A stretch of 63,980 nucleotides of DNA, the filler included, from Porpidia crustulata (lineage: Eukaryota): the NCBI GenBank assembly GCA_964255105.1. It is 3 parts of 3 records of this genome, joined end to end, with 100 filler letters (N's around TTAATTAATTAA, not from the genome) between each part and the next. Parts side by side here need not be neighbours in the genome. Positions count along the whole stretch, not along the records: positions 22,101 to 44,044 come from CAXUWE010000092.1; 2 more parts are not named here. One strand, written 5' to 3'. Position 1 is the first letter of the stretch; the number at the start of each line of letters is the position of its first letter. Shown here piece by piece: positions 22,830-37,300 of the stretch. The position numbers and the translations under genes were made by a program. Under the pieces are notes generated by a model. The model was not told the origin of the DNA. It did no database searches and saw only the letters and a list, made by a program, of their open reading frames with translations.

Positions 22830-24429
22830 CTAAGCAGAAGTAGGAATCTGGTTATCGGCCGTGCAGATGAACTCGTTGGCGTAAGCACGATATCGACTAA
22901 GTAGGTCAGTATCGTAGAGCTCATGTTGCGTTCGGAAACTAAAGTGAGCGGCGATGGCATGTGTGTTAACCAGTAGAGCTACTGAATGTCAGCCAGACGC
23001 TCAATATCCCTCAGGAGACCTGGCCTTACGTCTTCGTAATTTTGTGGTCAGAACTACCGACAATTCATGCTCATCATCAGACTGGGAGAAGGGCAAGTTG
23101 TCCAAGATATCATTGCCCCAGATAGCCATAAAGTTGATATTCATCCTTCCATACTGCATGTTCCAGATGCCTTCGCGATCAGGGTCGAGACCGCCACCAT
23201 AATGGTACTTGCTTAATTGCTTCTTCTCAATGTTCTCAAGCAAGGAGTAGTGGACCTGAGCAGGTATTGCCCAGCTCGTCCAATCAGGGCCGTAGGGATC
23301 GTATGCGGTCTTTGCAATTGGCGTGTTGTATAGATTCCGCTCGTTATCAGGGAGCGGGAGCCAGCGATGACCTTTGTAGGGCGGTGCGCCTGGATCTGCT
23401 TCCGGAATGGTACTACCATCGTCTGGCTTGTCTGCCAATGGGAAATCCATTCCACCTGTTTCATTCCAAATGGGCAACGCCGAAGCTCGCCATGCTTTGG
23501 GACCAAATGAAGCAGGGTCAACATCAGAAGACGGACGTTCTTTCTCTGGTAAATATGCGTGTACTGCCCCAACATGATAGTGCAGCCAGCCGGTTTCAGG
23601 GCTATTTATTAGGTTTGCAACCACGTCCAGCGAGTCCTTATGTGCTAGCTTTGTGTAAACAATGTTTGCAATGGCATTGTCGTCAAAGTATACCTGAGGC
23701 ACTCCCAATCAGAAATCGGCTATCAGAGTAACGAGATTGAAGCCAACCTACCATGTCATCATCTATCTTGATATACATATGGTCACGCTCGACAGCATGT
23801 TCCCAAACGCTGTTATAACCAAGCGATGGCAGGGGAATCCTTTTGTACGCTTCGGAAGTTTCTAGGAGATCATCAAGGTATTGTATAGCCTCGGGCTTAT
23901 CCGTATTCACAACCCAGTGCACTTCATCCAAAAACCCACCATTAGAGGCAAGGTTTTTCTTGAGATAACAGTCAAGTATTTCCACCACTGACGGTCTTCC
24001 AAAGAAAATAAGGCCAATTATCTTGAACCGTGTTGGCTTCTCCCATTTTGAAACATTGGCATCTGGTACTTGAACGGGAATGGATACGCTCGGCGTAGGC
24101 ACGGACTCTCCGGTGGCCGTCGTCTTACTAGAAGCCTCTGAAGACTTTGCCGGCATCAATATCCCTCCATGTTGTCGAAGATAGAATGTGCTGAGCAGTA
24201 GGAGTGCCGCAGCAATGCCGAGAGCTACCAGCATGCATCGGGGCTTTAGCCACGGCGGTTGCTTTTTCAATCCTTTCGACGCACGGCCCCGGCCCCGGCC
24301 CCGGCCTGTTCTGTTTGTGTGTTGGTCATGATGGTCTACGGTCTCAAGACCATCTATCTCGTCCAATGATGTTGAGCGCAAAAGTCCCCTTCGGTCCGTG
24401 CTAGACCTTGGGGTGTCCTTGTGGGACAT
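22830..24429 (-). CDS. Type II membrane protein, possible GT-A-like glycosyltransferase; 3 exons
   Basis: Cytosolic N-terminus, TM MLVALGIAAALLLLSTFYL, Ser/Thr stem, then KIIGLIFFGR...EVHWVVNT...YIKIDDDM/VYF (DxD-like); last exon LLVNTHAIAAHFSFRTQ...RYRAYANEFIC ending TAG at 22832-22830. Start codon uncertain. Confidence 0.7.
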
Positions 24430-25930
24430 ATTTCGCCACTTCACAAATCTCTCCGGCTGATGTTTATGATGTCGAGGAATTTCAACCACGGACTGTAATG
24501 TCTCTGATTCTGCAATGCTGATCGAGGTACAGACGAATGAGCAGTTGAAATCCGGCGGTAATGGTCACTCGCCAGGCCCTGTTGTACCAAGCCTTGAGCA
24601 GGTAAGTGGGGGCCTGGTGGTTGGTTGGATTGCAATGGCACAAATTATAGTCACCAAGTCTGTGAGGAAAGCTAGTCGTGGTACATGGAGATTGATTCGA
24701 ACAGCTGCTCGCTGGAGGAAAAGAGCGTAGCGGTAATTCAGTCGTTACAGCTAGAAACACAAATGGTGAAGCAGCACAAGTTCGTGTAATAGAAGGCTAG
24801 TGATATGTGTAAGAGAGAAATGAGCAATAGAATTTTGAGCACGACTGATTCCGTTGTCCTTTGCTGTCGAAGCGGCTGGTTGCCTGTAGGAGGCTCAAAT
24901 ACCTACAGAGCCCCCTAAACCACTAACAGGACAGCCACACTAGCCCTATACTCTTAGAGCTGGGCCAGCCCTAACCCTATATGTCCCGTTGAGGATTAGT
25001 ATGAGCGTTGGCGTAAACTTTTCTTTCCATCTCATCTAGGAGCCGAGACGCAGCGGCGTATGAAAGCCGTAAGCGTTGCGTCTGTGGAGCACTGCTATGG
25101 ACAGATGCAATTACGATCCACTCGTGCTTCTTCAGGCCAGATTGCACATGATCTGGTTGTACTCGAGCAAGCATCGCAGCATAAGGTGCAAGTCGCCAAG
25201 GCTTCTAGGCTACGAGAAGCAATGATGCCATTTATCCAACCCGACCGTCTTATGTACCTTGGAGAAGTGCAAGGCTCTCTGTTGTAATATCTAGCGATCT
25301 GCAGATTTCATTCTTTCAGGTTCGTCGTGAATTTTGTATGGATGCGATTCAGGCACCTAAGGAACAGACTCGGATTTGATTCAAAGCACAGATTGCTTCG
25401 AATTCTGTGTGTGTATTCCTACTGTATTAGGCGCCCATTCCGATTTGAATCAACTCTGTTATTTCAAATCTGTATTACCTTTGAGTACGGGGATTATTGT
25501 TCCGAAGAGCTGTGCATTTCAATAGGGATTCCACAAACCTCCTATCTGGAAAGAAATCGTTGCAAAACTAATCCCTTAGGCTCTGAACAGTCCGATATTA
25601 AACGTGATTTCAAGTACCACACTGGGATTATATTGCCAACAGCGTACATGAAGTACTCTCGTTAAGGATTGCACCTAGCAGTCCGTCATTATGCATACAT
25701 GGTGGGGTGCGAGTGCTAGGCTTATCGCGTTCCTTCTGAGTGACCCTTAGGTAAGGCCTATCAGGGCCTTCCTATTATCAAAACCTGAAGTACACGAAGT
25801 CAAGGCATGCTCCAGAGCTCATAGACTAGATACTTACTTCTAGACGGATGCTTCCACTACAATACTTGGGCATCGCGACATTCCTACCCGCTTGAATCAT
25901 TGTCTAATTCTCATAGAAAGTGTCGATACC

Positions 25931-28900
25931 ATGGGCAGTATGGCTCCAAAGTACAGACTCGGGGTAGATGTTGGCGGCACCTTTACGGATCTGCTTCTTC
26001 TCGAGGTGACCAGTGGAGATACCTGGCGCACGAAGGTTCATACTACGCCCAAAGATCAATCCATTGGTATCAGCCACGGGGTTGACGAGATACTTTCTAA
26101 TATATCCGACTCCGCAGGTGCGATATTGCAGGTAGTCAACCATGGCACAACGATTGCTACCAATGCAATTTTGGAGCAGAAGGGAGCAAAAGTAGCTCTT
26201 ATAGTAACCGAGGGGTATAAAGATGTATTACAAACTAGGCGGTCCCAGGTTCCCGGAGGTACTTCGCCTTCAAGTCCGAATGGCTGCCTTTGTTACTGAA
26301 CTTAGTACACAGGGCTAGCTAGCTGGATCACTTGGAAGAAACCAGAGCCTCTTGCGCCTTTAGAAATGACGGTAGAGTGTCCTGGACGCATGGCAATTGA
26401 CGGTGAAGAGATCCGCGTATTTGATGAGGAATTGTTTCGAAAGCGGCTACAATCGATTACTACCCAAAAGCCGGATGCTATTACTGTCAGCTTGATGAAC
26501 TCATTTGCTAATCCTAAACAGTAAGCGTCCGAGCTTGGGATGCTAAAATTCCGATTGCTGAGGTAGATATAGTGAGCAGGAGGTACTCCGTGTGCTGAAT
26601 GAGATATTTGCGGATGTTCCTGTATCTTTATCATCAGAAGTTTTGCCTGAGCTAATGGAATACGAACGTACTATCACAACAGTTGCGAACTCTTACATCA
26701 AACCGCAAGTCAGCCGCTACCTAAAGAATCTTCTTGATTCACTAGAAGGGAAGACTAAGCATCTCCGAGTACTGCGGTCAGATGGAGGACTCTCCTCTGT
26801 CTCTTTGGCAAATCAATTTCCAGTGACTCTAGCGCTATCAGGTAAGTGAGAAGTAGTCAAGAAGACTTACCGAGAATGAATGGAGAGAGGATACACAGAA
26901 GGGACATGCTGAAGTTGCTCCACAGGTCCTGCAGGTGGAGTTTCAGGGGTAGCATCTCTGGTGGCGGCGAAAACGGCCTACAAAAACCTTATCACTCTAG
27001 ACATGGGAGGGACGTCTACCGACGTTGCTTTGATTGAGAACGGTACTCCTCGAATCCGGCGAGAGACTACCATCGGCGACGTGATCGTGAAAGCTCCATC
27101 AGTTGATGTGAGAACTGTAGGTGCTGGTGGTGGGTCGATAGCAAACGTTCCTGAGGTCACGAAAGCTCTCCGAGTTGGCCCACAGAGTTCTGGAGCTGAT
27201 CCAGGTCCTGCTTGCTATGGCAAAGGAGGCCGCAGAGCAACAGTGACTGATGCTAACGCCGTACTGGGTTACTTACCCGAGTATCTATTAGGCGGTGCAT
27301 TCAAATTAGACCTGAAGGCTGCTCGAGCAGCTGTCCAGGATATAGCGACTGACCTAGGTATAGGCCTTCATGAAGCTGCCGAAGGGATTTTAAAAGTTGC
27401 AAATGAGACAATGTACGGAGCGCTACGGCTTGTATCTGTAGAACAGGGATTCGACCCGCGAGACTTCAGCTTGGTCGCCTTCGGTGGGGCCGGGCCTCTG
27501 CATGCAAACGCTCTGGGGAAGCTACTGCATGCTTTCCCTGTGATTATTCCCCCTTCACCTGGTGTACTGTGCGCCTGGGGTGACGCTACTACTATACTCC
27601 GTCATGAAGTATCAACCACATTCATTCGAGTCCTTGCAAATACAAACAAAGGAGATATATTAGATGCATACGATGAATTGGCTACAAAGGCTGCGAAGGT
27701 TATGCGCGAGGAGCAAGGTGTACCTGATGACAAGCAGGTACTATGTCTTTCAATCGAGTCACTATTTCGATCAGACAATCCACTAGCGCTAACATCTGAA
27801 TCACCTAGGCGTTCCATTACCAAGCTGATTTGCGATATATCGGTCAAGCTATTACGATTCCAATCATTGTGGACTTGGATAAGCTTCGAACAGAAGCACT
27901 CAAACACATTAGTGAGCTCTTTGAAGAGGCGCACGAAAAAGCTTTTACCTATCGTTTATCTGCCAATATCGAACTTATGAACCTACGTATAGTTGCGGAG
28001 GAAGTCACTCCCGATATCACAGTCAAAGAAAGCTATATCGTCAAGGATTCGGAGCCTTCATCTTTAGCTATTAAAGGGAGGACCACTCTCATCTATCAAG
28101 ATAAACAGTATGAGGACAGCGTTGTCTGGGACCGTTCCCACCTAGTGTATGGCAATGTTCTTCATGGTCCTTGTGTCATCAATGAGATGGATAGCAATAC
28201 TCTGATCTTACCTAGCTACAAGGGCGAAGTAGATAGTGTCGGAAATATCCTTTTGTGGGAGTCTGAGGGTAGGAGTGGTGATCAATGCACTGCAAATGAC
28301 TCGATGATTGGGAGTGAAGACAAGGATTTCACTTTAGATATGGTGACAGGTCAGTGGTACTCGTGCTTCTAATACTCTCCGGCAAGCTTATTTTCCATCA
28401 GTTGATATCTTTGAAAGCGCTCTTCGAAATGCTCGAAACGAAATGGACACTCTAATGACGAGAGCCACCATGTCTCCAGCAATCAGGGAACAGCAAGACG
28501 AATACAATGTTATTGCAGAACCCAGAGGTAAAATGATTGTCGGTCAGTTTGGTTCCTTCATTAGCCAATTTCTCCAGGCCTGGAAAGGGACCATCGAGGA
28601 GGGAGATATATTTATCGTCAATGATCCTTACTCCATCGATGGATCCGTGTCTCACCTGAACGATTGGCTAGTCCTAATGCCCATACATGGGAATGGCAAA
28701 TTGATCGCTTGGACAGCTAATTTCGGTCACATGACTGACAATGGCGGCGCAGTACCAGGTTCTCTCCCTACCGCAGCCTCGAGTATCTTTCAAGAAGGTA
28801 TTCAGATTCCTCTAACGAAGCTGGCCTCTAAGGGTGTTTGGAACACCGCTGTGGTCGACATAATTTACCGCAATTGTCGTTTACCAGAGTGGAATCGCAG

Positions 28901-30430
28901 TGACACGTTGGCTCTTGTAGCTGCATGTAAATTGGCTGGGAAACGAATGCAAGAGCTATACGCTCGATTTGGAGATCAAACCTATTTTGCTGCCATTGAT
29001 GAACTACTTGATCGTAATCGCAAGTCAATCGGCTCGCTCATCACATCAACAATTCCAGATGACCCCGTGTACTTTGAGGATTTCCTTGATGACGATGGCA
29101 GAGGCTTGGGTCCCTGGAAAATTGCTTGCACAATGAGCAAAAGCGACGGCCGCCTGAAGTTTGATTTCACCGGCACGGATCCTCAGTCATCGTCTTCTGT
29201 GAATTTCTATTTGAGCCACAACATGTTCAAAATGTTTGTCGGAATTTATCTTATCACCGTCTACGATCCGACAAACGTCGTCAATGACGGATTTCACGAT
29301 CTCGTTGATATCGTCATTCCCGAAGGAACCATACTGAATCCGCTTCGTCCGGCTGCATTATCAACACGTACGCATTTACTAGGAAGAGTGATGGACCTAC
29401 TATCGGGTTTGTTGGGTCAAAAGGCCCCTGAATTTATGACGGCGGGGGGCTTCTCAGACTCGCCACATTTCATGTTTTCTGGGTAGGTTAGTCGTTTCGA
29501 CGAAATTCGACCAACACTAACGGAATTCTGATCTTAGCTTTAAGCAAAATGGCGATTGGTTCCAATTATACCAAATTGGCTTCGGAGGTGAGTCCGTCTT
29601 TCCACATGGCAAATCAAGCTTACACATTCAGGGATTCCTGCTCGCCCCCACGGCGACGGAATGGATGGCCACTGCCTTTGGCCAGCCATGAAATCCGTAC
29701 CTAATGAATTCCTCGAACTATATTATCCACTTCGTATCGAACAGTACAATACCGTTACTGATTCTGGCGGTCCCGGACTCTATCGTGGCGGCAATGCCCA
29801 GCGTATCTTCTATCGCTTCCTCGAGGAAGGCGAGATTTCCCTTCATGACGACCGCTGGCTTTCAAAGCCGTGGGGTGTTCTGGGCGGCGAACCTGGGGCC
29901 CGATCGTCAAAAATCCTAGTACATACGGATGGAAGACGTGAGGTTTTGCCACCTAAGAGCGATCATATCAAAGTCAAAAATGGCGATTTGCTAGAGTGGC
30001 TGACCTGGGGCGGTAAGTACTCGATATCACTCAACTGTGTCAGCTAATGTTCGATTTAGGCGGAGGCTATGGTGATCCCTTGCACCGTGACCCTTCCCTT
30101 GTCGCCCTAGAAGTCCACCGCAGTCTAGTCTCATTCAAAGGTGCGAATCGCTACGGAGTGGTGATAAATCAAGATTTCACGGTCGACGAGCTAGCAACCA
30201 AGGCTCTTCGCATAGAGATACGTGAGGCTAGACCTACAGGGAATAAGCCAGAGATTTTCAACCGCGGCGGGACAATAGAGGAGCTGAAGGCCAGAGCGCT
30301 GGAGGAGACTGGTTTGGACCCACCTCAGTATCCATGGGAGGTCCCTATGAGGGGTCCGCATACAGGTTTACCGCATATCAGGCAGTGGATGGAGGAACAT
30401 GGTCAAGTATTGAAGCCATTAGGAAAGTGA
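25931..30430 (+). CDS. Fused hydantoinase A+B / ATP-dependent 5-oxoprolinase-family enzyme, multi-exon
   Basis: RLGVDVGGTFTD, NHGTTIATNA, LDMGGTSTDV, VGAGGGS, GPQSSGADPGPACYG, AFGGAGPLHA (A part); NDPY...SHLND, GHMTDNGG, DSGGPGLYRGG, GGGYGDP (B part); GT-AG introns join the ORF pieces. Confidence 0.9.
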
Positions 30431-30964
30431 AATGGGAATACGGAATTTGCATGAATGCGTTCCATGACATGTGATGGAAATTTTCATAAACTCAGTATAA
30501 ATGATAAAGCTTGAGCATTAAGATACAGGCAATGAAGTAAGGTTCTAATATGTGATGGATTTCATGGATTAAGATTTCTCTGGGTAAAAATGCCCGACTC
30601 GCTGTTGCTTGGTCTGATTGAACGCTTTCAATCCCAAAATGTGTTTAGCCAAAATGATGGGAGAGTGATGGAACCTATGGAGGTTTGAGTACAGATGAAC
30701 CAACAATGAACATTAAAATTCTTGGTAAAAGTATAAACGGTAAACGATAGCAGCATATCGTTTGGAACGAGCTGTGATCTATAAGACGATTCGAAAATAT
30801 GATGAGCTTTAGGGTTAGGGTTGGCTCGAAATAGTACTAACATCGTAAGGCATGTTTAACCGATTACCCTAGTCTTTAGTAGCTTCGTGGATTCTTGCCA
30901 TACAAGAATTATCGAATATAATTTTCTTAATTTTCTTGAGTATGCACATCAATAACTAAGAAAC

Positions 30965-32928
30965 ATGGAGAACACCGAGCTCAAGTCAAAGAAACGCAAA
31001 CGAAAACATGCATCTTCTGCCGAAGATAAATCTGCTCTTGGTACCGTTGCGGAGAACACAAACAATGTCCTTGCAAGCAATGGTGCTACTGAAATAGACT
31101 CTGCAGTGACGCACAAGAGAAAGAAGAAGCATGAGCATGGCAATACTAAAAAAGATGTCCCGGAAATTGCTTCGATAAATAACCCCCAAAACCTCAATGA
31201 CATTCCAGAGGATGTTGGGACTGCTCAGGATGACTCCGAACCTATAAACGATGGAGACCCGCACAGCGCTGAAATTACAGCCACTATAGATTTACCATCC
31301 ACATCGACTTTGTCTCTACCTAGAACAGAGGAGGATCCTAGAGCTTTCCACGACCTAAACCTTTCCGACAAAACTATGCAGGCTATACAGGATATGAAGT
31401 TCGAGACCATGACCGAGATCCAGCAAAGAGGCATTCCACCATTGCTTGCTGGAAGAGACGTACTAGGAGCAGCAAAGACCGGCTCAGGCAAGACTTTGGC
31501 ATTCCTCATCCCAGCTGTGGAGATGCTAAGTGCCTTACGGTTCAAGCCGAGAAATGGTAAGTGTTCCTGACACACAATTTTGCAGCACTGATATTATCCA
31601 GGGACCGGTGTTATCATAGTCTCTCCTACTCGAGAGCTTGCATTGCAAATATTTGGTGTGGCACGAGAGCTTATGGCTCATCATTCGCAAACATACGGCA
31701 TTGTCATTGGAGGGGCCAACCGAAGGGCAGAAGCTGAAAAGCTTAGTAAAGGGGTGAACTTGATTATAGCGACGCCTGGACGACTACTGGACCACCTTCA
31801 GAACACACAAGGTTTTGTCTACAAGAATATCAAAGCACTGGTCATTGACGAAGCAGACCGGATATTGGAGGTAGGGTTTGAGGATGAGATGAAACAGATT
31901 GTCAAAATTCTGCCCAAAGAGACGCGGCAGACCATGCTCTTTTCTGCAACACAAACAACCAAGGTCGAGGATCTGGCGCGTATCTCCCTTCGACCAGGAC
32001 CTTTATACATAAATGTTGATCACTCGAAAGAGCACAGTACTGTAGACGGCTTGGAACAGGGCTACGTGGTCTGCGATTCCGACAAACGTTTTCTCCTCCT
32101 CTTCTCATTCCTGAAGAGGAACCTCAAAAAGAAAGTCATCGTTTTCTTTTCCAGCTGTAACTGCGTCAAATACCATTCGGAGCTCCTCAATTATATCGAT
32201 TTACCAGTGCTTGACTTGCACGGCAAGCAGAAGCAAGAAAAGAGGACAAATACCTTCTTTTCGTTCTGCAACGCAAAGCAGGGCACATTGATCTGCACAG
32301 ACGTAGCCGCAAGAGGTCTTGATGTAAGCTACGAAAAGACTACTCCATCTCGACTTGACCTAATTTCTATGCAGATACCAGATGTCGACTGGATCGTCCA
32401 GTTCGATCCTCCAGATGATCCTCGTGATTACATACATCGCGTTGGGAGAACTGCACGGGGGGCTAACGGTAAAGGACGGAGTCTCATGTTCTTGCAACCG
32501 AGCGAGGTAGGCTTCTTGAAGCACCTTAAAGAAGCACGAGTTCCTTTGGTGGAATTTGAATTTCCATCTAAACGCATCATCAGCATCCAATCTCAGCTAG
32601 AGAAATTAATTAATCAAAATTATTATTTAAACAAGGTGAGAAGTCCCATGGTCTCAGTGGATTATTGCTGATACCAGTGTCGCAGTCGGCCAAAGATGGC
32701 TACCGCTCTTACCTACAAGCATATGCATCACATAGCCTAAGATCAATATTCGATGTTAATAAGCTTGATCTAATTAAAGTTGCGAAAAGCTTTGGATTTC
32801 AAACCCCTCCTCGAGTGGACATCACGCTCGGGGCGAGTATGAGCAGGGATAAGAAGAAAGAAGGCAGACGATCTTACGGAAGTCAGCCAAAGCAAGGGCA
32901 ACGGTTCCAACGAAAGCAAAGTGATTGA
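30965..32928 (+). CDS. HAS1: DEAD-box RNA helicase Has1; 4 exons
   Basis: [39 protein letters not shown] and Has1-type C-terminus [11 protein letters not shown]...KSFGF. Confidence 0.95.
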
Positions 32929-34363
32929 TAGAGAACTGTAGCGATACGCTGGATATAAAATTCAACTTTAGCATGGCGTTGGTGGATGCCTAATACTTGA
33001 CACGATCAAAATTTACAGTCTTCATGCTCATTGAAGGAAATGTACCATATCATCTTGCTCATACCCGAAACAGGACCTCGAAGCTCCCCGTCACAATTGC
33101 CAAATAAGGTAACAAGCTCTATCATACCAGAATTGTCGTCGGCGTCGCACCAGTTGAAGCGGCACGAGTACGGGGCATGGATTTACGAGGGTTTCAGCAA
33201 ATGAATCTGTGAAGGGATACTCTCTGTAGAACGATGAGTTGTCAAGCGTATTACGAAGTAAGACTCGCTCGACTGGCTACATGGAGATCAAAATGAAAAA
33301 TCCAATCAGGACTTGTATCGCTCCTCAGACGGTGTTGAATTCAGTCGCCTGGTCAACTCCAAACAAGCACCTTGCCCGTGGGGCGGGAACCAGTCAGTAA
33401 GCGCGGTTTCCACCCGTAAATCAGATTCGATCAAACCACAGTGAAATGTGACGGGTGATGTGACTGCTGTCGTGGGCTGATGTGAGCTTAATGATCACAG
33501 CCAAAGCAGAGTGACTCCGGAGTAAACCTTGAACAAATGCACATGAACTGGAAGGATTTGTCGGAAAACATCAATAGAAAAGCAGAAGCGAGTTCGTCCG
33601 AGCATTTCAAGCTTTGATCTGTCGGCCAATCAGCGTTTGGTGATACTCCTATGACACATGGGTGGTCTGCCTGTCGCTGCCCACGTACAACACGAATTGG
33701 GTTCCCCAGTATTCGGTAGTGGTCCAACGACCGTGGGAGGGGAGGAAATTTAGCAGTCCCACTACCTATGCGTTTGTTGTGCGGGCGTAGCTGTGCCCCC
33801 AGCCTCCAAAATCCTTGGTTCAGGATCAGAGGTGCCGTAGCCTTGTAGCCTTGACGCCCGGCCTGTTTCTGGAGGAACAACCCTTCCGCTCCTGATTTTT
33901 TTTTCCAGCTGAACATTTCGACATCTCCACATGGCGAAATCCTAGATCCCTCCGCAAATCTCCCGACGACGTGCTTGACGAGTAGGCTGTCTGTAGATTG
34001 TGACGGAGCTTGATTGTTTCTACTCGACTGGTCGTTGCCGGTCACCGAAGTCCAACAGCTACAGTCAATAAACCATTATCACAATTACGGACACTCCTCG
34101 TCCACCAGATTCATGCTATCGACGATTCTTTAGCTGTTCATATCACTAATGCTGTTCCATTAGTTCAGCCTGGCTTTCAAATCGGTCATCAATGAGTGCT
34201 GTGCGCCCTCGACTGAAGTACTTGTTCGCCTTGTTACCTTACCAACTCCAATCAGAGACGCTGTTACACGCATACCCTCAGTTTAGAGAGGCAACTGTGC
34301 TCTAAGTCTTTCAACATCTAGGCGAACCCTCAACTCCAACAATTGCGAAAGGAGATAATCGCG

Positions 34364-37300
34364 ATGGGCGTTGAAGCCCGCAGACCCCCATTGCCTGCAC
34401 CTACCGACTCGCCAACCTTTCAAAACTCAGGGGGAAGTGTCACTGGGACCGATCTTGCCACAGACGTCTCTCATCGCACAGATCGTACATCCTATTCTAT
34501 ACCAGAGGACGGAAGTCCCATTACAATTTCCACCAAGAAGAGGAGGGAGAAGCGCGACAAAGACCACGAAGGCACGCTAAGCCGGGCGACACATCAATCA
34601 CAAACTTCGCTGCTAATCGAGTACTTTGAGGGAGGCAAAGGCCCTAATGTGCACTCGAGGCCGAGTGTACGGGTTAAGGTTACGCCATCAGCTGCGCGTA
34701 AGATAAAAGACACAAACGAGCATATTCAGATCACCGAGGCTGGCGGCCACCGTAAACCCTCATATACGAGACGCATATCACTTGGCCCAAAAATTACTGG
34801 GGATAGACAGATCACAGAAAGTGCTGACGAGAAAAGCATTAGCTCGTACATATCAGCAGAAGAAGTGTCCAGTCTAGCCGGAAGATATCCGCCCGTCGAA
34901 ATTGAGGTTATGCACAGAGATCAGGCAAGCGACCTGTCAAGTGGGCTTGCGCCTGCGGAGCAACGATACATTCAACAAAACGCTTCGGAGATCTCATCCA
35001 TCCCTCCAGACAGCATGTTAGAGGGTAACGCTGCACATATAACCCCTCGCCACAATCGAAGTCGAAGCACCAGTAAAGATGCCATTATGAATGTCACAGA
35101 TACCCTCAAGACACCCTCTAGGAGGCGAAGCAGGAGCCTTAGCCGAGAAAGAATCACTCAAAAGGCCATTGAGAAGATCGTGAATAAGCCACGAGAGGTT
35201 AGTAGTAGCAAACGTCGGCATGGAAGCAAGACCCGAAGCCGCAGTATCAGCAATGAGCAGGCGGCGGAGAACCTCAAATCGCCCAAACGGAAATCAAGCC
35301 GTCATAATCAAGAAGAAGATTTCGTTAGTGGTGCCGAGTCAAGCCTTCTGACATCCCAGGCTTCCACTAGACGCAAATCTGGCGACCAGTATTCCTTTCG
35401 ATCTGGTACTTCAAAGTCTTCAATTAACAACCCAAAATTACTCGAAACAGTAGAGGATGCGATTCGACGGCTGATCTTGCCCGAGCTTACTACCTTGAAA
35501 GCGGAACAGAAACTGCAGCAAAATCGAAATAATTTTGAAAGTAGCAATCGAGACTCAATTGCGTCTGCTAGCAGTCCCTCGCGAACTGAACTTACTCGTC
35601 GAGTATCCAAGCATGCAAGTGCTCCTGATGTCAAAGCGCGACCCAAGGTTGTCCTCAACCGGGACGAGCATAGCGATGGAATTGTACTCTCTGGCAACTC
35701 AATGAAGGGAAGGAAAGAGAGCAGGCGAGAGGTAGTTCTCGACTCACCTTCCGAGCGTAGCTTCGAGCGGGATTTATCTGAAGAAACCGTGATTCGTGAT
35801 GACGGAAAGAAGCAACGAGACAAGAATACTGACGGACATCGATTGCGGGACGCTGCTATTGGTGGAGTCGTTGGCGGCGCGCTTACAGCAGCTGCGTTGA
35901 AGCACCACGACTCGAAGTCAAGCATTGACAAACGGGAGCAAAGGAGAAAAAGGAGTAGAAGCCACAGCAGAAGTGCTAGTGTTGCTGAAAGTACCGACGA
36001 GATATTCTATAAACATGACGTTCCTCCAATGCCAATGTTGAGCGAAATCCAGGGATCAGATATTACCCGGGACTCGATTCTATCAGAGCAGACCGAAGGG
36101 CCCTTGTCACAATCAGTAGATCGACGGAGAACTGAAATCCGAGAGGTTTCCCGTGGCTCACCACGGGAGATCTTGTCACCTGCGCAACGAACGCCTACAC
36201 GAACACCTACTAGAACGCCCTTGGGCTTGCACAAAGGATTAGGTACTCATCACGGTAATTTCTCGCAAGGCAATCTCAGTGAACGCAGTGCAAACAGCGA
36301 GCACAACCTCCGCAATGAGAATGACGGTACAATGATGAATAAGATTGGCTTCAAAGGATCAACAGCAGGCGCTGATATCCTCGCTGAAAAATCCTTCTCG
36401 CCTTCTGCAGATCGATATGACGAGCATGATGAGCGTGTCTTTACTCATCAAGCCCATAATCAGGGGCTTAGTCCTATCCAAAGTGTTGCCAGCTTGAAGG
36501 AAGAGCTTGATGTACCAGTCCGAGACACACGGTTCACTCAAAGTTCGGGGTCATTATCGTCCCTGGATCAGAATCACAGGAGAAGCTCCGCCATCTCTAT
36601 CAAGTCGTTATCGTCAGTTGCTAGCAAACAGTTCCCTCCTTCGAATAGACCCAAAGGCATCAATCTTGAGCGCGGAGAAGATGTGCTCGGCCAACATGGT
36701 TTGAGAGACCCTAGTGCTATGCACAGTGAATACATGTCTGGAGACCCGGCAATGGATGAGTGGTATGAACAACAGCATGAAGAGAATAATCGATACCGGG
36801 AATCCACAGTAGACGGTGATTACCCGGACTCCACCATCGATGTAAGGCATATGACCAACTACACCGACGATAGTATGGATGCCCCGTATCTCGACAAGGT
36901 CACAGCCGCGCACCAAGTCCGAGGGATGGGAGCGAATGCAGAATACGTTCGGACACCCGTTGCGGTTGAATCAGCTGTCGCTTCACTGCATGATCCATCT
37001 GTGCTCTCTGTGCGCTCTAAAATCGGAGATAAGTCATATACCGACTCATTCGAAGATAGCCAACAAGCCGCTCCCCTACCATCTGAGAGAGAAATCATTT
37101 CAGAGGAGCATGATAATCACCCCCGTTCTCGCGGCGAGCTCGAGGGCCATGACTACAAATCCGAGAAGCTAGATGATTACAATCATCGTTCAGCTGCAAA
37201 CTCACCAAGACAAAGTATAGCTCAGTCCGAGGACGAGCACGTTAACATGGGAGCTAGCGGTCTACCAGTCGCCGGTGATCCAATACCTGAGATTGGACAC

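Noticed and set aside
30480..30900. Box C/D snoRNA upstream of HAS1 and TTAGGGTTAGGG near 30809
   Set aside because: C-like and D-like boxes are not properly paired or spaced; two telomeric units are too few to call and may just be a promoter motif.
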